From Klebsormidium nitens (Eukaryota > Plantae > Klebsormidiophyceae), in NCBI GenBank assembly GCA_000708835.1, contig DF237451.1, positions 1 to 64,000 of the forward strand: 64,000 bases of DNA, in the 5' to 3' direction. Shown here piece after piece: positions 23,953-36,300 of this stretch. The position numbers and the translations under genes were made by a program. The notes under the pieces are model-generated. The model worked only from the letters and a program-made list of their open reading frames with translations. It made no database searches and had not been told where the DNA came from. Every line of letters begins with the position of its first letter. Position 1 is the first letter of the stretch.

Positions 23953-26900
23953 ATGGCGGAACACGGCAGGAGCGGTGGGCCGGAGGGTGTGCCGCGGGCA
24001 GCTTGCTCAGCAGACGGCTATCCGCAGGCCCCTCAGTCTTTGGCGAGGAATGAAGAACCGCGCATGGAAGAGGGCATTTCGGGGCATCAGCAGGAGAGGG
24101 GCTGGGGTCAGGATCAAGCGGCTGATTGGCAGGACGAGGAGGCGGCGGGAGTGGAGCAGGGCCGGGAGGCCCACGCCCAGCGGCAAGAGGGGCAGGCCGA
24201 GCAAGCGGGAGGCGGGCGGGCCTCAGAGCACTTGCTGGACGACGGCCATGACGGCAGGGGGTGGGGCCCGGCGCCTAGCACCAGTTGGCATCCCGGTCAG
24301 GAGCAGGACATGTATGAGAGGCCGAGATCTGGGGGCCCTGGGGGGCAGCCGGCTAGGGGCCACTCCAGGGAGGACGGAGCAGGGGCAGGGGGGTGGCAGC
24401 AGGAGGGGCGCCAGGGGAAAGGGGGGCATGCGCAGCAATGGCAACAACAGGTATGTAAGCTCAGTCTCAGGTGTTGGCAAAAGATTGACGAGATGAAGTT
24501 TAAGGCTGGATTGGTTTTCTGGCCCACTCGTATCTACTACATGGTTCTGGGAAAGTAGTGGAGTACGGGCTAAGCCCAGGATGCCAGCAAAGCCTTGGAC
24601 CAGTCTGGGTGCGTTCATAGTCTGGGTGCTTCCAGTGTTTGTTCTTGACTGAGTGTGCTCTTTCTTAAGCTATGCGTGGATTAGTAACGTGATGTGACAG
24701 GTTTGAGCCCATTTTTTTGACACTGCCCTCTCCTCTGTTGGCAGCATCCACCTCATCCGGAGCAGCCGCCAGGTCATCGCCAGCCATCGCGAGGCCAAAT
24801 GCAGCCCCCTCATCATCCAATGGGTGCCCCGAGTGATGCCTGGCATCATCTGCGGGGGGGGGGTGGCGAGCCGCGCCCCCAGAGTGCCCCCCCGCAGACC
24901 TGGCCGGCGCGCCCCCCAGTACGGCACCGAGAGGGCCCCGGGGCTTCACGGCCGCACAAGGGCGGCCTTCCTAGCATTCCTTCGAGCGAGTCTTTGGAGC
25001 GGTTGCGGGGGGCCATGGCGCAGGTGCAAGCTGCCCAGGCACACCCGGAGCAGCACGACATGCGGGCGCCCCCCCACGGCTTCCGGGAAGGTCCGGAGCA
25101 GGAGATGGCGCACACGGGGGGCATGCCGTCCCCCATGGAGATCATGCAGATGCGGCAGGCGGCTGCAGCCATGGCGGCCGCCAAGTATGCGTCGCGGCAA
25201 GCGGAGGGGTTGTTCGATCGAGGGCAGGGGGGTCGGCCTGAGGGCAGGGCGGGGCCTGGAGACGGGGGGGGCACGCGGGTGGCGCTGGACGGGATGGCCA
25301 TATCGCCGGCGGTGGTGGAGGAGCGGCAGCGGCAGTGGCTGCTCATGCAACAGCACCAGCAAGCACTGCTGCAACACCGTCTGCAGCAACAGCAACAAGG
25401 ACAGGTGGGGGGGGGGGGTGATGAGTACAGAGTGCAAGAGGGGCTGACGCACAGGATAGTCTTGGTCTGGACGTGAGGGGAGTGCTTGTGCAAGACGATG
25501 TTGGGCTCTACTTACGTCATCCCAGATCTGTTCCGTTTGCAGCTGGTGCCTTCCGTATTCTACTCTCGTTACAACAATGTGTTTGTTGTGTCCATTGTTG
25601 TCCACCCTGACACCCGCTGCTTCCTTTCCCCAGATGTCGGAGGAGCAGTTCCAGGCCGCAATGATGGCGCAGCAGCAGCTTGCGCGCATGCACGGCTGGC
25701 GTGGTCCCCACCCTGGTATGCCCCACCCCCTGGCCGCGCTGTCCCTGGGCCTGGGTATGGGCCTAGGCCAGCCCCCCTTGCAGCCGCCGGGCGATCATCA
25801 GCTCCAGGGTGTCCCGCATCCCCTGCCCCAGCGACACGCCCACTCTGAGGGGAGCCATCCGGTACAGCGGATGGGGGCGCAGCGCGAGGAGGCACCCGGA
25901 CAGGTGAGAGCCGACTGCTGCGAAAAACGATGTTTGTGTCGGTGGGTTGTTCAAGTATTTGCTGCTGCAAGGTCTCGAAATGGAAGTCTGGTTAGTCTCT
26001 TGGTGACGCATCATTCTACTGCCGTTGTTTGCTGAGATCAGCTGCTTTGTTGTCTGGTTGTTGACAAAGCAGTGCGCCTGATTCTTGTTCTGCTTTCCAT
26101 AGAAATTTCGGTCTATTGGTTTGAAACATGTGACGAAGAATCCCATTGTGACAGCATACTGACTGAGCTATATGACTTATTACAGGGGCAAGGCAGTGAA
26201 GGCCGTCCACCGCGGTCGAGCCTGGCGTCCGTTTCACAGCGCGCAAGCTCCCCCCAAACAGTTTCATACCAGAGCAACCTGGAGCGGCCAGACTTCGAGC
26301 GCGAGCGCCGCTACGTCATGCAGCAGCGTGCGCGGCAGCAGCAACTTCAAGAGCAGCAGCAGCACCAACAACAACAACAACAGCACTCACATTCGCAGCA
26401 GGCGCCCTCTCCTCGCTGGGGGGCCGCCTCGCTGGACACGTCTCAGCAGGGGCTCCCCCCCACCAGCCAGCGGCGCAGCCCCGGCCCTAGCTGGGGGGCT
26501 GGCCCAGCGCAGTCGCAGGAGGTGCAGGGGGGCATGCCGCGGGTGCGGTCGCGGGAGCAGCTGCTGTCGGAGATGCGCCGCTCGCGTTCACACGAGTCTC
26601 TGGAGCGGCACCCCCTGGCGCAGCAGCAGCGGGTGCAGCCCCCCCCGGTGCGACACCCCCAAGTGCCGCGCACGCTGTCCCCCACTAGCACTGCGCCGTC
26701 CAGCTTTGAGGCGGGCAGTGCGGAGCATGGCATCAGGGGTGGCCCCCAGACCTCGGCGGGGGGTGCGGTGCAGCGGCCTCGCGAGCGAGACTACCAGGGG
26801 GGCGAAAAGGACGGCTCCGAGCGTCCGGGGAGCCGCAACGAGGAGTGCGAGGAGCGGCGGTCGGCGGAGGCAGTGCGGCAGGCGCGGGTGCATATGAGCC

Positions 26901-29900
26901 ACCTGGCAGGACCGTCGTCACAGCACGACGAGCGCGCCCACTCGCGGCCCAGCTCGGGCCCCCGGGTCCCCGCCTTCTCGGGGGCAGTGAGCACGGGGGC
27001 TCGTCCGGAAGGGAGGTCCGAGGGGGGCTCTCAGCGGCGGCCGGGGTCTGCTCAGGAGGGCGGCCACGGCGGAGGGCCGGCCGGAGAGCGTGAGTGGGGA
27101 GGAAGAGACGCAGGGCAGGCGAGGGAGGGTCTGGCTCGGCAAGGGGGCCGGGCGTCGCCAGTGCTGGGGGGCAGTGCGCGGGGCCCACTGGCGGTGCGGG
27201 AGTGGCTGAATCGGCCGGAACGGGTGGTGGACCGCGTGGAGAACCTGCACTTGTTCCGGCAGGTGGTGCTGCTGCTCGAGGCCGCACACCGGCAGGGCAC
27301 CGTTGTGCGCGGAGTGCGCCCCTCCAACCTAGTTCTCATGGGCGCGCTCAAAGTGAGCCTTGCTGATGCGGAAGGAGGGGTGGGCACGTCCAAGGTGGTG
27401 TCGAGCGCAACGCGCAGCAATACGAGCGGGCGGCTGGGGTCGAGCCACCCGTCGGGCCTGCGCCCGGCACCGTCGGGGTCGAGCCAGGGGTCGCTGCCCA
27501 ACAGGCAGCCCGCGGAGGCGAGCCCTACTGCGGGGACCTCGGGAGCAACGGGGGAGCCAGGCCTGGAGGGGACGGAAGGCGGGGGCGGGGTGCCGGTTAT
27601 GGGGTCAGGGGGGCCGGGCGACAGGAATCTCCGACCAGGGGACGAGGGGGGACAGGAAGGTGCGGAGGGGCTTGGAGGCGAGCCGGAAGCAGGCAGAAGA
27701 GGAGCAGAGGGCGCAGGGGGAAGGGAGGGCCGGGCTGAGAAGGGGAAGCAGGCAGCGACGTCCCCAGTGAAGCGAGCGATGTCCCCTGGAGAGGCGGCGG
27801 AGGCGACGTGGTACACCAGCCCGGAGGAGATGATGGGCCACGTGGCTAGCCCAATGAGCGACATGTACAGTCTGGGCGTGCTGTTCTTCGAGCTGTTTCT
27901 GCCGCCCAGCGCACCGGCGGAGCGCGCGCGCGTCATGGCCGACCTGCGGCACCGCATCCTGCCGCCCTGGCTCCTGCTGGAGCACAGTAAAGAAGCCGCC
28001 TTCATGCTCTGGCTCTTGCACCCGGAACCCAACGCGCGACCCCGAGCGAGAGACGTGTTACAGAGTGACTTGTTGGCGGAGGCGACCGACGCGTTGGCGG
28101 AGCGGCAGGCGGCGATTGACCTGGAAGAAGCGGAGGCCGAGACGGAGGTGCTGGCAGAGTTCCTGCAGGCCATGGCCGCGCAGAAGGCGGCCGCGGCGGC
28201 GCAATTGCGCGCCGACCTGCAGCGACTGACGCACGACATCCAGGAGGTCGGCCGCCGCCGCGCGGCCATGGTGCCCCCCGGGGATGATGCCGAGAAGCGG
28301 TGGGGGGCAGGGGCCGACGGCAAAGGGGCCAAGAGGAAGCGCACCGAAGAGGACGAGGGGGCGGAGGACGAGGACGAAGAAGAGGAAGACGACGGGGGCG
28401 AGGTGCTGCGGAGCCCGGCGGTGGCGCGCAAGGCGGAGGCGCGGCGCAGCAAGCGGTCCCGGGTGATGCGCAACTTCGAGCACCTGGAGAAGGTCTACTT
28501 CGCCACACGATGGAGCTCCGCCGCTCGCGAGGGGGGGGCGCTGATAGCGCCTCTGGGTGGGGACGGCCGGCGGCCGGGCGCCAGCACGCACTCCGGGAGC
28601 GAGCTTCGTTCGGGGGGGGAGCCCAGCGGAAGCAACCGGGAGCCTGGGAGCAGTCTGACCGGGGTGCTGAACCCACCCCGCAAAGAGCGGCACCGGTCGC
28701 GGGCGCCGGGGGGTGGCGACTGGCTGGGCGCGTTTTTCGACAGTCTGTGCAAGTTTGCACGGTACAGCCGGTTCGAGGTGCGCGCCACGCTGCGGCACGG
28801 GGACCTGCTGAACACGGCCAACATGGTGTGCAGCCTCGGCTTCGACCGCGACGACGAGTTCTTTGCGACGGCGGGCGTGTGCAAGCGCATCAAGGTGTTC
28901 GAGTGCAACGCGGTGCTGAGCGAGGGCGTGGACATCCACTACCCCGTTGTGGAGATGGTGTCGCGCTCCAAGCTGAGCAGCATCTGCTGGAACAACTACA
29001 TCAAGTCGCACATCGCGTCCTCCGACTACGAGGGCATCGTCCAGGTCAGCACGCTCGGAAAATTGGCGAAGGCTGGTGATTTGCTACTTCTAATTTGGTG
29101 TTCAGTCTTTTCATGCCTTCCAGGCTTCCCTGCTACTCGCCTTATTGGCTGATAGCGGTACTCGGGTTCCGTATCTGGCTTCGGTGATGCTCTTTGCTGA
29201 CGCTTGCTAATCCTGTTTCTGCCGCAGCTGTGGGACGCGAGCACGAGCCAGGTGGTAATGCACTACGAGGAGCACGAGAAGCGTGCCTGGTCCGTCGACT
29301 TCTCCAAGGCCGACCCCACGCGCCTCGCCTCCGGCGGCGACGACGGCTGCGTCAAGCTCTGGTCCATCTCGCAGGTGCGCCACAAGAGCAGACAGTTGGC
29401 ACAGGCCGGGCTGCGGGTCCTTCGGAATCATTCTTGATTTTTGAAACGCTTCTACAGGCCCTTCGTAAATCAAGCAAGTCATGTAGGTTTGAGCGTCTTG
29501 CCTAACAATGGCAATCCGTTGATGGCTGTGTTGGAGGATTGGGACGTTTCGTTGGTTTTCTCAACCAACGTTTCTGTTGCTGTTGAAAAGGACAAGGCTT
29601 CGCAGGATCTCGTTGGACATTCAAAGCTTGCCGTCCTGTACCTCAAGCCTGACGCGTCTTGTCCCCGTGCGCAGGAGCCGAGCGTGGCGACGATCAAGAC
29701 GAAGGCGAACGTGTGCTGCGTCCAGTTTTCGAGCGAGTCGTCGCACCTGATTGCCTTCGGCAGCGCGGACTACAAGGTGTATGCGTACGATTTGCGCGCC
29801 ACGCGCGCGCCGCTGGCGGTGCTGGCGGGCCACGGCAAGGCGGTGAGCTACGTCAAGTTCGTGGACGGCGGCACGCTGGTCAGCGCGTCCACGGACAACA

Positions 29901-30529
29901 CGCTCAAGCTCTGGGACCTCGCCAAGGGGACCAACCCCACCACCGCGCCCGCCGCCTGCACGCTCTCCTACATAGGCCACACCAACGAAAAGGTGAGTCC
30001 CACGCCGAACTAGGGGGGTGGGCAGACAAACTTGTGGGGGGCAGGCCATGGCTGCATGGACCAAACGAGGCTCTCTTTGCAGCTTGTTTGGTTTCGGATG
30101 ACCAACAGTGCACAAAGAGAGGAGTGTGTGCTGCTTCAATCTGGTCCCGTAAGAGCTTCTGGAGGGACCATGCTCGGTCAGCAACACGATCTTTTGCAGA
30201 TCTGGATCCAGCAATGCGCTTGCATGGGATCTCTCCTCGTGTTTTGCTTATTTATCACTGATGTTCTCCTGCCGCAGAACTTCGTGGGGCTGTCGGTGTC
30301 AGACGGCTACATCGCGTGCGGGTCGGAGAACAACGCGGTCTATGCCTACCACAAGTCGCTGCCCATGCCCATGGCGTCGCACGCGTTCCGGGGGGCAGAC
30401 CCGGTGACGGGACAGGAGATCGAGGACGACGCGGGCCAGTTTGTGAGCAGCGTGTGCTGGCGGGAAAGGTCCAACATGCTAGTTGCGGCTAACTCCATGG
30501 GCAACATCAAGTTGCTGGAGATGGTCTAG
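23953..30529 (+). CDS. SPA: SPA (SUPPRESSOR OF PHYA-105)-family protein: kinase-like domain, coiled coil and COP1-type WD40; ~1667 aa
   Basis: Exons 23953-24450, 24745-25404, 25634-25903, 26186-29044, 29228-29374, 29675-29992, 30278-30529 (all phase 0). Motifs [47 protein letters not shown], and WD40 [40 protein letters not shown]...[12 protein letters not shown]. The start exon is less certain. Confidence 0.92.
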
Positions 30530-32253
30530 GTACGTGCTCATGTCGAAAAGAGGTCGTAACGACAGCGGGATTCGAGCTGCGGTTAGCAGCCAACGTGTTG
30601 ACGCTCCGGTTGGTGACCGGGGCTGTGAGTTGGTAGCGTGTAAATAGATTGGTTCGTCAGAGCATATGATACAAGCATTTTTCCAGTTACAGCGAATACA
30701 TTGGTGCCGTGTACCTCCTATAGACGAAAGTACAATGCAGAAAGACTTCCATGCTGGAACAGCAAAAAATAGAGTGCAATGTAGTGACAGACTTTTAACC
30801 TGACGCTGTCGACTAAGTCTTAAAAGAGAACTGTCCACCTTATTGTGGCCTCACGTGCATGTGCGGCCCAGGCGCACTAGGTGGAGACAATCATGGACTC
30901 ATGCCTAAATCGGTGCGCCGCGGCCTCCACCATGTACCATGGTGTGTGTGAAGGCTGCCGGATCGCTTCGAAAGGCTGCATCAGGTGGCAGCCAGAGTAT
31001 ATCTGACGGCCAGGTGTACTATATAGAACATGTAAGTTCATATGTACATGTGACATATCAAGATTCCTTGATATGCAGGTACGTAGAGATGCATGAGTCC
31101 ATATCACATATGCGCGTACCGTCATTTCAACTTCACATGCACACGGACCGTCGATCTTGATGCATGATGATTGAGTGCTTCAAGCAGAGCTAGCAGAGGT
31201 TCTGTCAATGTACCATCACTGTCACGTAAATTGTCACTGCGATGGCACATGCGAAAATAGTACAATCACTTCAGCAATTCCACGATCGCAAACTGACTCA
31301 ATCAATGATATATGCCAGTCCTTGGACTCTGTCGCCGGCACGCATGCGAGTAAGCTAGCCATCAATGCTTAACTTAGTAAGTGATGCCAAAGCTCATCGC
31401 ATGCGGTTTCTATGATCGACTTACAGGCTCTCGAGCTTCACTGATTCACAATTCAACATTCGCAAGCTGCCGCCGGCCGCCCAGGCTGATAGCTAGATTG
31501 GAAGGCCTGTGATATATGGCCGGCCTTAACCATTGCACCGCACGCGCACGCCCGGCATGTGCAGCCGCTATATACTAGCTACACCAAGGCCGGCCGGGCC
31601 GCAGATCCTTTAACTAGCGACGTACATATATTTTGAGATCGACGTGCATTATAGTAGATCATAATGTATGCTATGTATACATTATGCATACCTACTTTGA
31701 GTGACTTCTATCATTGCACTCAACTGCGGTAAAGCCGCATGCCGCTTGTGCTAAGGGATGCCCTCGGAGGAATTATTGAGCAATGGGATACTGGCTCCGA
31801 ACCGACAAGCTAGACGCCTGCTCGCAAGCACATCTCCGAAGCACCGACATTGTACCCCACCAAACTCTTGAGTTTCAAGTTTCAACGAGCACTACTGCAG
31901 CGGATCGACCTGGAAGAGTGGGCATGTGACGGTATAATAGCCTTCAAACAAATTAGCTGTACGACGTCAGCCGCTTAGGAAAGGACACAATTAGAACTCT
32001 GTAGTGGGGATCGAGATGCTTTACGACCGCTACATAAAGAGAAACCATGCCAGTGTAAGATCTTGCTTGCAGGTAGATCAGATCATGTAGATGAATTAGC
32101 TTGTTAGGTAGAACTCGGCCCCGAACCCATGTACTCAATTAAGCCCCATGCCTCGGTACGGGCTTTATAATGTGATGTATGTATTGCACATATGCTACGT
32201 GCACGCAATTTATGATATGGTTCGAATGATCATATGCCCAATTTAATATAGTA

Positions 32254-32444
32254 CCGTACTGCTTTTTAATATCGGCACCTTCGACGCAAAATAGTTAATT
32301 ATGAAACGTTTGAAACTTTCGGCAGACCCAGCGTTACCTGCTAAAAAGAACCGTTATCGACCATTATCGCTCTTGGAAATTATTTAAAATTTTCAGCAGG
32401 CCAAATAATTATTTATTTTTCGCCGAATTTAAAAAGCAGTACGG
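32254..32444. mobile_element. Tc1/mariner(pogo)-type MITE, 191 bp, with TA target-site duplication
   Basis: TA|CCGTACTGCTTTTTAATATCGGC ... GCCGAATTTAAAAAGCAGTACGG|TA. 16 bp of perfect TIR extending to ~23 bp with 2 mismatches; AT-rich interior. Confidence 0.75.
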
Positions 32445-33352
32445 TATCTAGGCTCAGTGCTATAAAGAACTTATTCGACGAAGTTCACTGCGTGTATGCA
32501 TATGATTACATTGCCAAGCTTTGGCCGCCGTTGAACTTACATTCATGAACCCAGATCGTTAAACAATGCGCATGCATGTCGGCGGGTATACTTGAAGCCA
32601 GTGACTGAGGCATGTCGGACCGCGCGTGCCATGGAGGGCCAAAGTTCAAATATCTTTGTTTAGTGTGCAACAAAAGCATGTATCACAATTAATGCAGCAC
32701 GTGCCAGGAACGGTGTTGTGACGCGTTCTAGTGCAACATGACGAGCACGATCTGTAATAGGATTGGCTCCAATCCTATTTTGAGCTCGAGCTCACAACTT
32801 TGGTTGTGATATATGAAGCTTCTGCTAGCACACTTGGTAGAAATGAAGTTAGTCCATTGAGGCTATGGTACAGTAGCCAAAGATACACACAATTTGTACA
32901 TGTGCGACATGCAGTGAAGCAAGCCTATGGCGTGTTTGGCTGCGTCCAGAATCAAAAGAGACCACAATCATATGGTCATTTTGCATGACAGTCACAAACG
33001 TACGTACTGGATTCTCAATTGAGAAACTTAAGCGTGAGTCTTGACCCGGCAACGGATAGACTGAAGAGCAAGGCATGATAACGAATCAAACTTCAATATC
33101 GATTTCAAACCGTCATTTCAGATCATGATTTCCGGAAGTAAACCTGTTTTGGTACTACTACTCCTTCTGATACGGATTGGCCGTCAGTGACCAGATTCCG
33201 TCGGACCTAAGCTAGCCCCTAGCTCCTTCCCAACCTTGGAAGGCGCGGATGCAACACGTGCGGGCTCGTACGAGCCCAACATCTAACTCGACCTCTTACT
33301 AGAAGCCAGAATGGTGGCTGCCTACCTAATTCTCATTCAAACTAGCTGCCCC

Positions 33353-36300
33353 TTAGTTTACCTCGTCGTCCTCAGTGTCATCGTCGCTGAACGCCGTGCC
33401 GTAGCCCTCGCTCGTCTGCCACCCCCCGATCTTGGGATACCACGACGGCTTGCTCGCGTTGCTCGCGGCTCTGGGTGCCGGCGTGCCTCCCCGGGGCCCG
33501 CCCCTCTGCGGCAGTTTCTGGCCCAGCCGGATGGCCCGCTGCTGTTCCACGAAGTTGAGCTTGCGGCCCCGCGGCACGGGCGGCCGCAGCCAGCGCCGCA
33601 GGCTGGCCGCCGAGATGGTGATAGAGCCACTGCTCTCGTGGCCGTCGAAGCGCAGCTGCAGCCGCCGCAGCAACGACCCCACCGCAATCGCGCTCCTGCA
33701 AAACAGAGAGGAGCCGTGAGGTTGTCGTGGACTCCGTTATGCGTCTATCGACGTCTTGGCTAACGACGTCTTGGCTAAGAGAGGGGTTCCGACGGGAAGA
33801 GGCTTGCCCAATCTGCTGCAAGTGCTTTTGAATCTCCTTTGAGAAATCGGTCCAATCACGTTGACCAATCAAAGTAGTGTGATTGCGACGCTTTCCTTAT
33901 TTCAGGTCGGAAAGGAGGAGGGCACGCAGACGAACAGCAACGGCCCTGACCTGGAGGAGATGTGGATCATGTGGCCCTCCATCTCCTTGTTGGGCGACGG
34001 CTCCAAATGCGTCTTCAGCTTGAGCGTGATGGGGTACAGCTTGGCAGCCGCGCCTGCAGCCCGACATCTCACAGAATCAGCCACCGAGCTAGGCACCATG
34101 ACAAGTCCACAGCCAGGAACGAACAAGCCTCGGACACCGAGTTGTCTGTACGCGACACAAAGCAGGGCCTGCAGGCTGGAACCAGCTTTTCTGGTCTTCG
34201 AAGCTGCTGGGTTTTGTCGAGACTCTGGCTGCTCGCAGTAAGCGCCATCACGTGATTATACGAGTCCAAGAGGCCACACTTGCTTGTCACTCTAGCCGGA
34301 GCCTTCGAGGCATAGAATCGAAGGGCCCTGCTAGAGAGACAAGCATGCCTCTTACTCAGTGATGTTCACTTGTGCGCCGAGGAACATCTGTGCGCTGCGG
34401 TGAATATTACGAGTTTCTGTTTTCACACTGCAATATTGCACCAGGACTACAATACCCCCGTTTTACATCGGATCAAGCACGGCTTCCACGTCTATCGGAC
34501 ACCCTCTGCGTGCCCCTTCTTGCGGCTCACCTGCTGCCTGCTTGAGCCGGACCCTCTTGATCATGGCCAGCACGCACACCTCCGCCGCGTTGGGCGGCAG
34601 GTACGTCATGTCCAGCGTGGCGGGCCCCGCCATGCTGCACTGCGGCATGCTGACTTTCGCCGCCACTTCCTCGTACAGCGCCACCGCCCCCGGGCTGTAC
34701 AGCCCCGCGCCGTCGTCCGTGAACAGCCCCTCCCCGGTGGGCTGCCGCCCGCGCGAGCGCTTTCCGGGGGCCCTCCTGCTGGCGCGCCACACGGACGTGA
34801 TGGTCGGGCCGGGCGTGGCGGGCAGCTTGAAGCAGCCCAGCAGCATCGAGAACGTGCCGACGGGCACGCGCACGCCTGCGGCAACGGTCTCCCGGTAGAC
34901 CTGCAGCGCGCGGTACGCCCTGCGCAGGAAGGCAGGGAAGAGGATCAGAAGCGGGCGGAGCGGGCAGGGTGGGAACTACAAGCGGTCGAGGAGAATTAGA
35001 ACGCAAAGCAAGTGGTGGAGGGCCCTTCTGCAAGTGCCAAAAGAAACAGATGATCGCCCTGAAGCGCTCAACAAGAGTTTACAAAGGACAAATGATGTCC
35101 GGGACCTTTTTGAACGCAAAACGTTTGGCATCCTCGTTCAGACTAGCTGTGCCGCAATGAACTGAGAAGGAAGAAGCGTGATGCGGGACGAACTGCATAT
35201 AGAAAACCACAGCGTGCCGAGCAACATTGGGCCCGTGACCCGAACGTCTAACATTCAACGACCGGTTGGTGGATGGCCGGGGCTTACCACTGGGTGCGCG
35301 GGGGCTGCTTGGCAACCTCCCAGGCCCAAGGGCCCACACTGGTCGCCGGAGAAGGCGCGCCCGCATTGGACCAGATCTGGTTCGCACAAATCTCTGCAGG
35401 ACAGCGGCACAGCGCGAGGTCAGCATCACCTTCAACATCAAGTTACGCTGAAAGAGGGATGTCTGTGGACCGGGAAGAGAGCAGGTACGCCAAGCGCTAT
35501 TGGTCTCGTGTCTGGGGGGAGGAGTGCTTCAACAAGGGCATGGAATATGATACTTGAAAATGAAAGAAGCAAGAAAGGTGGCCCCTGCCCTGGAACGAAC
35601 AGGTCGAGAGTAGGGATGCTCCCCGAGAGCATTGTCTTCACGCACATGGCCGGCTGCTTACCAGTGAGCACTTTGCAGGCTGTGAGGAATGGCGGGATGC
35701 CCTCTGCAAGAGCCATGTGATACAGCTCGAACGCCTGGTCGGCCTCCTTCTTACTGCAGGCAGGAAGACACAACATTGAGTAAGATGCCCGTATTCGAAA
35801 GAGCTGGCATCGTAGACAGTGCCACTTCATCTCGCAGTAACAGTTTTGAACCAAAAGAAAAGAATCCATCCGCAAGCACTGCAACAATGGGAAGGTTTCG
35901 GACTGCTCTTACGGCAGCGAATCGAAGCTCGACTACCTCCCAAAAGCCCAGTACCAATACTCGGAATAGAAGCTGGCCAGCCTAGGCAAAGGTGGGGTGT
36001 GGAGCTCACGAGGCGCATGCGTGCAGGAGGGAGGAGTAGGTGATCCTGTCAGGCTTGACACCGCGGCTGCGCATGTCGTCTAGCAGGGCCAGCGCCTCTG
36101 AGAGGTGCCCCGCGCGGCCCTTCACGCCGATCAGCGCGTTGTAAATGGCCGCCGACGGCACAATGCCCTCCGCCTGCATCTGGTCGAATAGCCGCTCCGA
36201 CTCGGGGATCATGCCCGCCTGCGAAAAGCGAGCAGAAAGGGCCGTCAAAGTCTGGGCCCGTCTCAGTCAACGCCTGAGAAATTTGTTTTTGAAGCATTCG

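Noticed and set aside
27052-28473. 473-aa minus-strand ORF (and other long ORFs at 28002-29011)
   Set aside because: Antisense shadows of the GC-rich SPA exon; low-complexity S/A/P/R translation with no motifs or splice logic of their own.
31760-31980. Protein-like fragment (..PTKLLSFKFQRALLQRIDLEEWACDGIIAFKQIS..) in the SPA/MRL1 gap
   Set aside because: Short, stop-interrupted, no splice partners and no family I recognise; a BLASTX would be needed.
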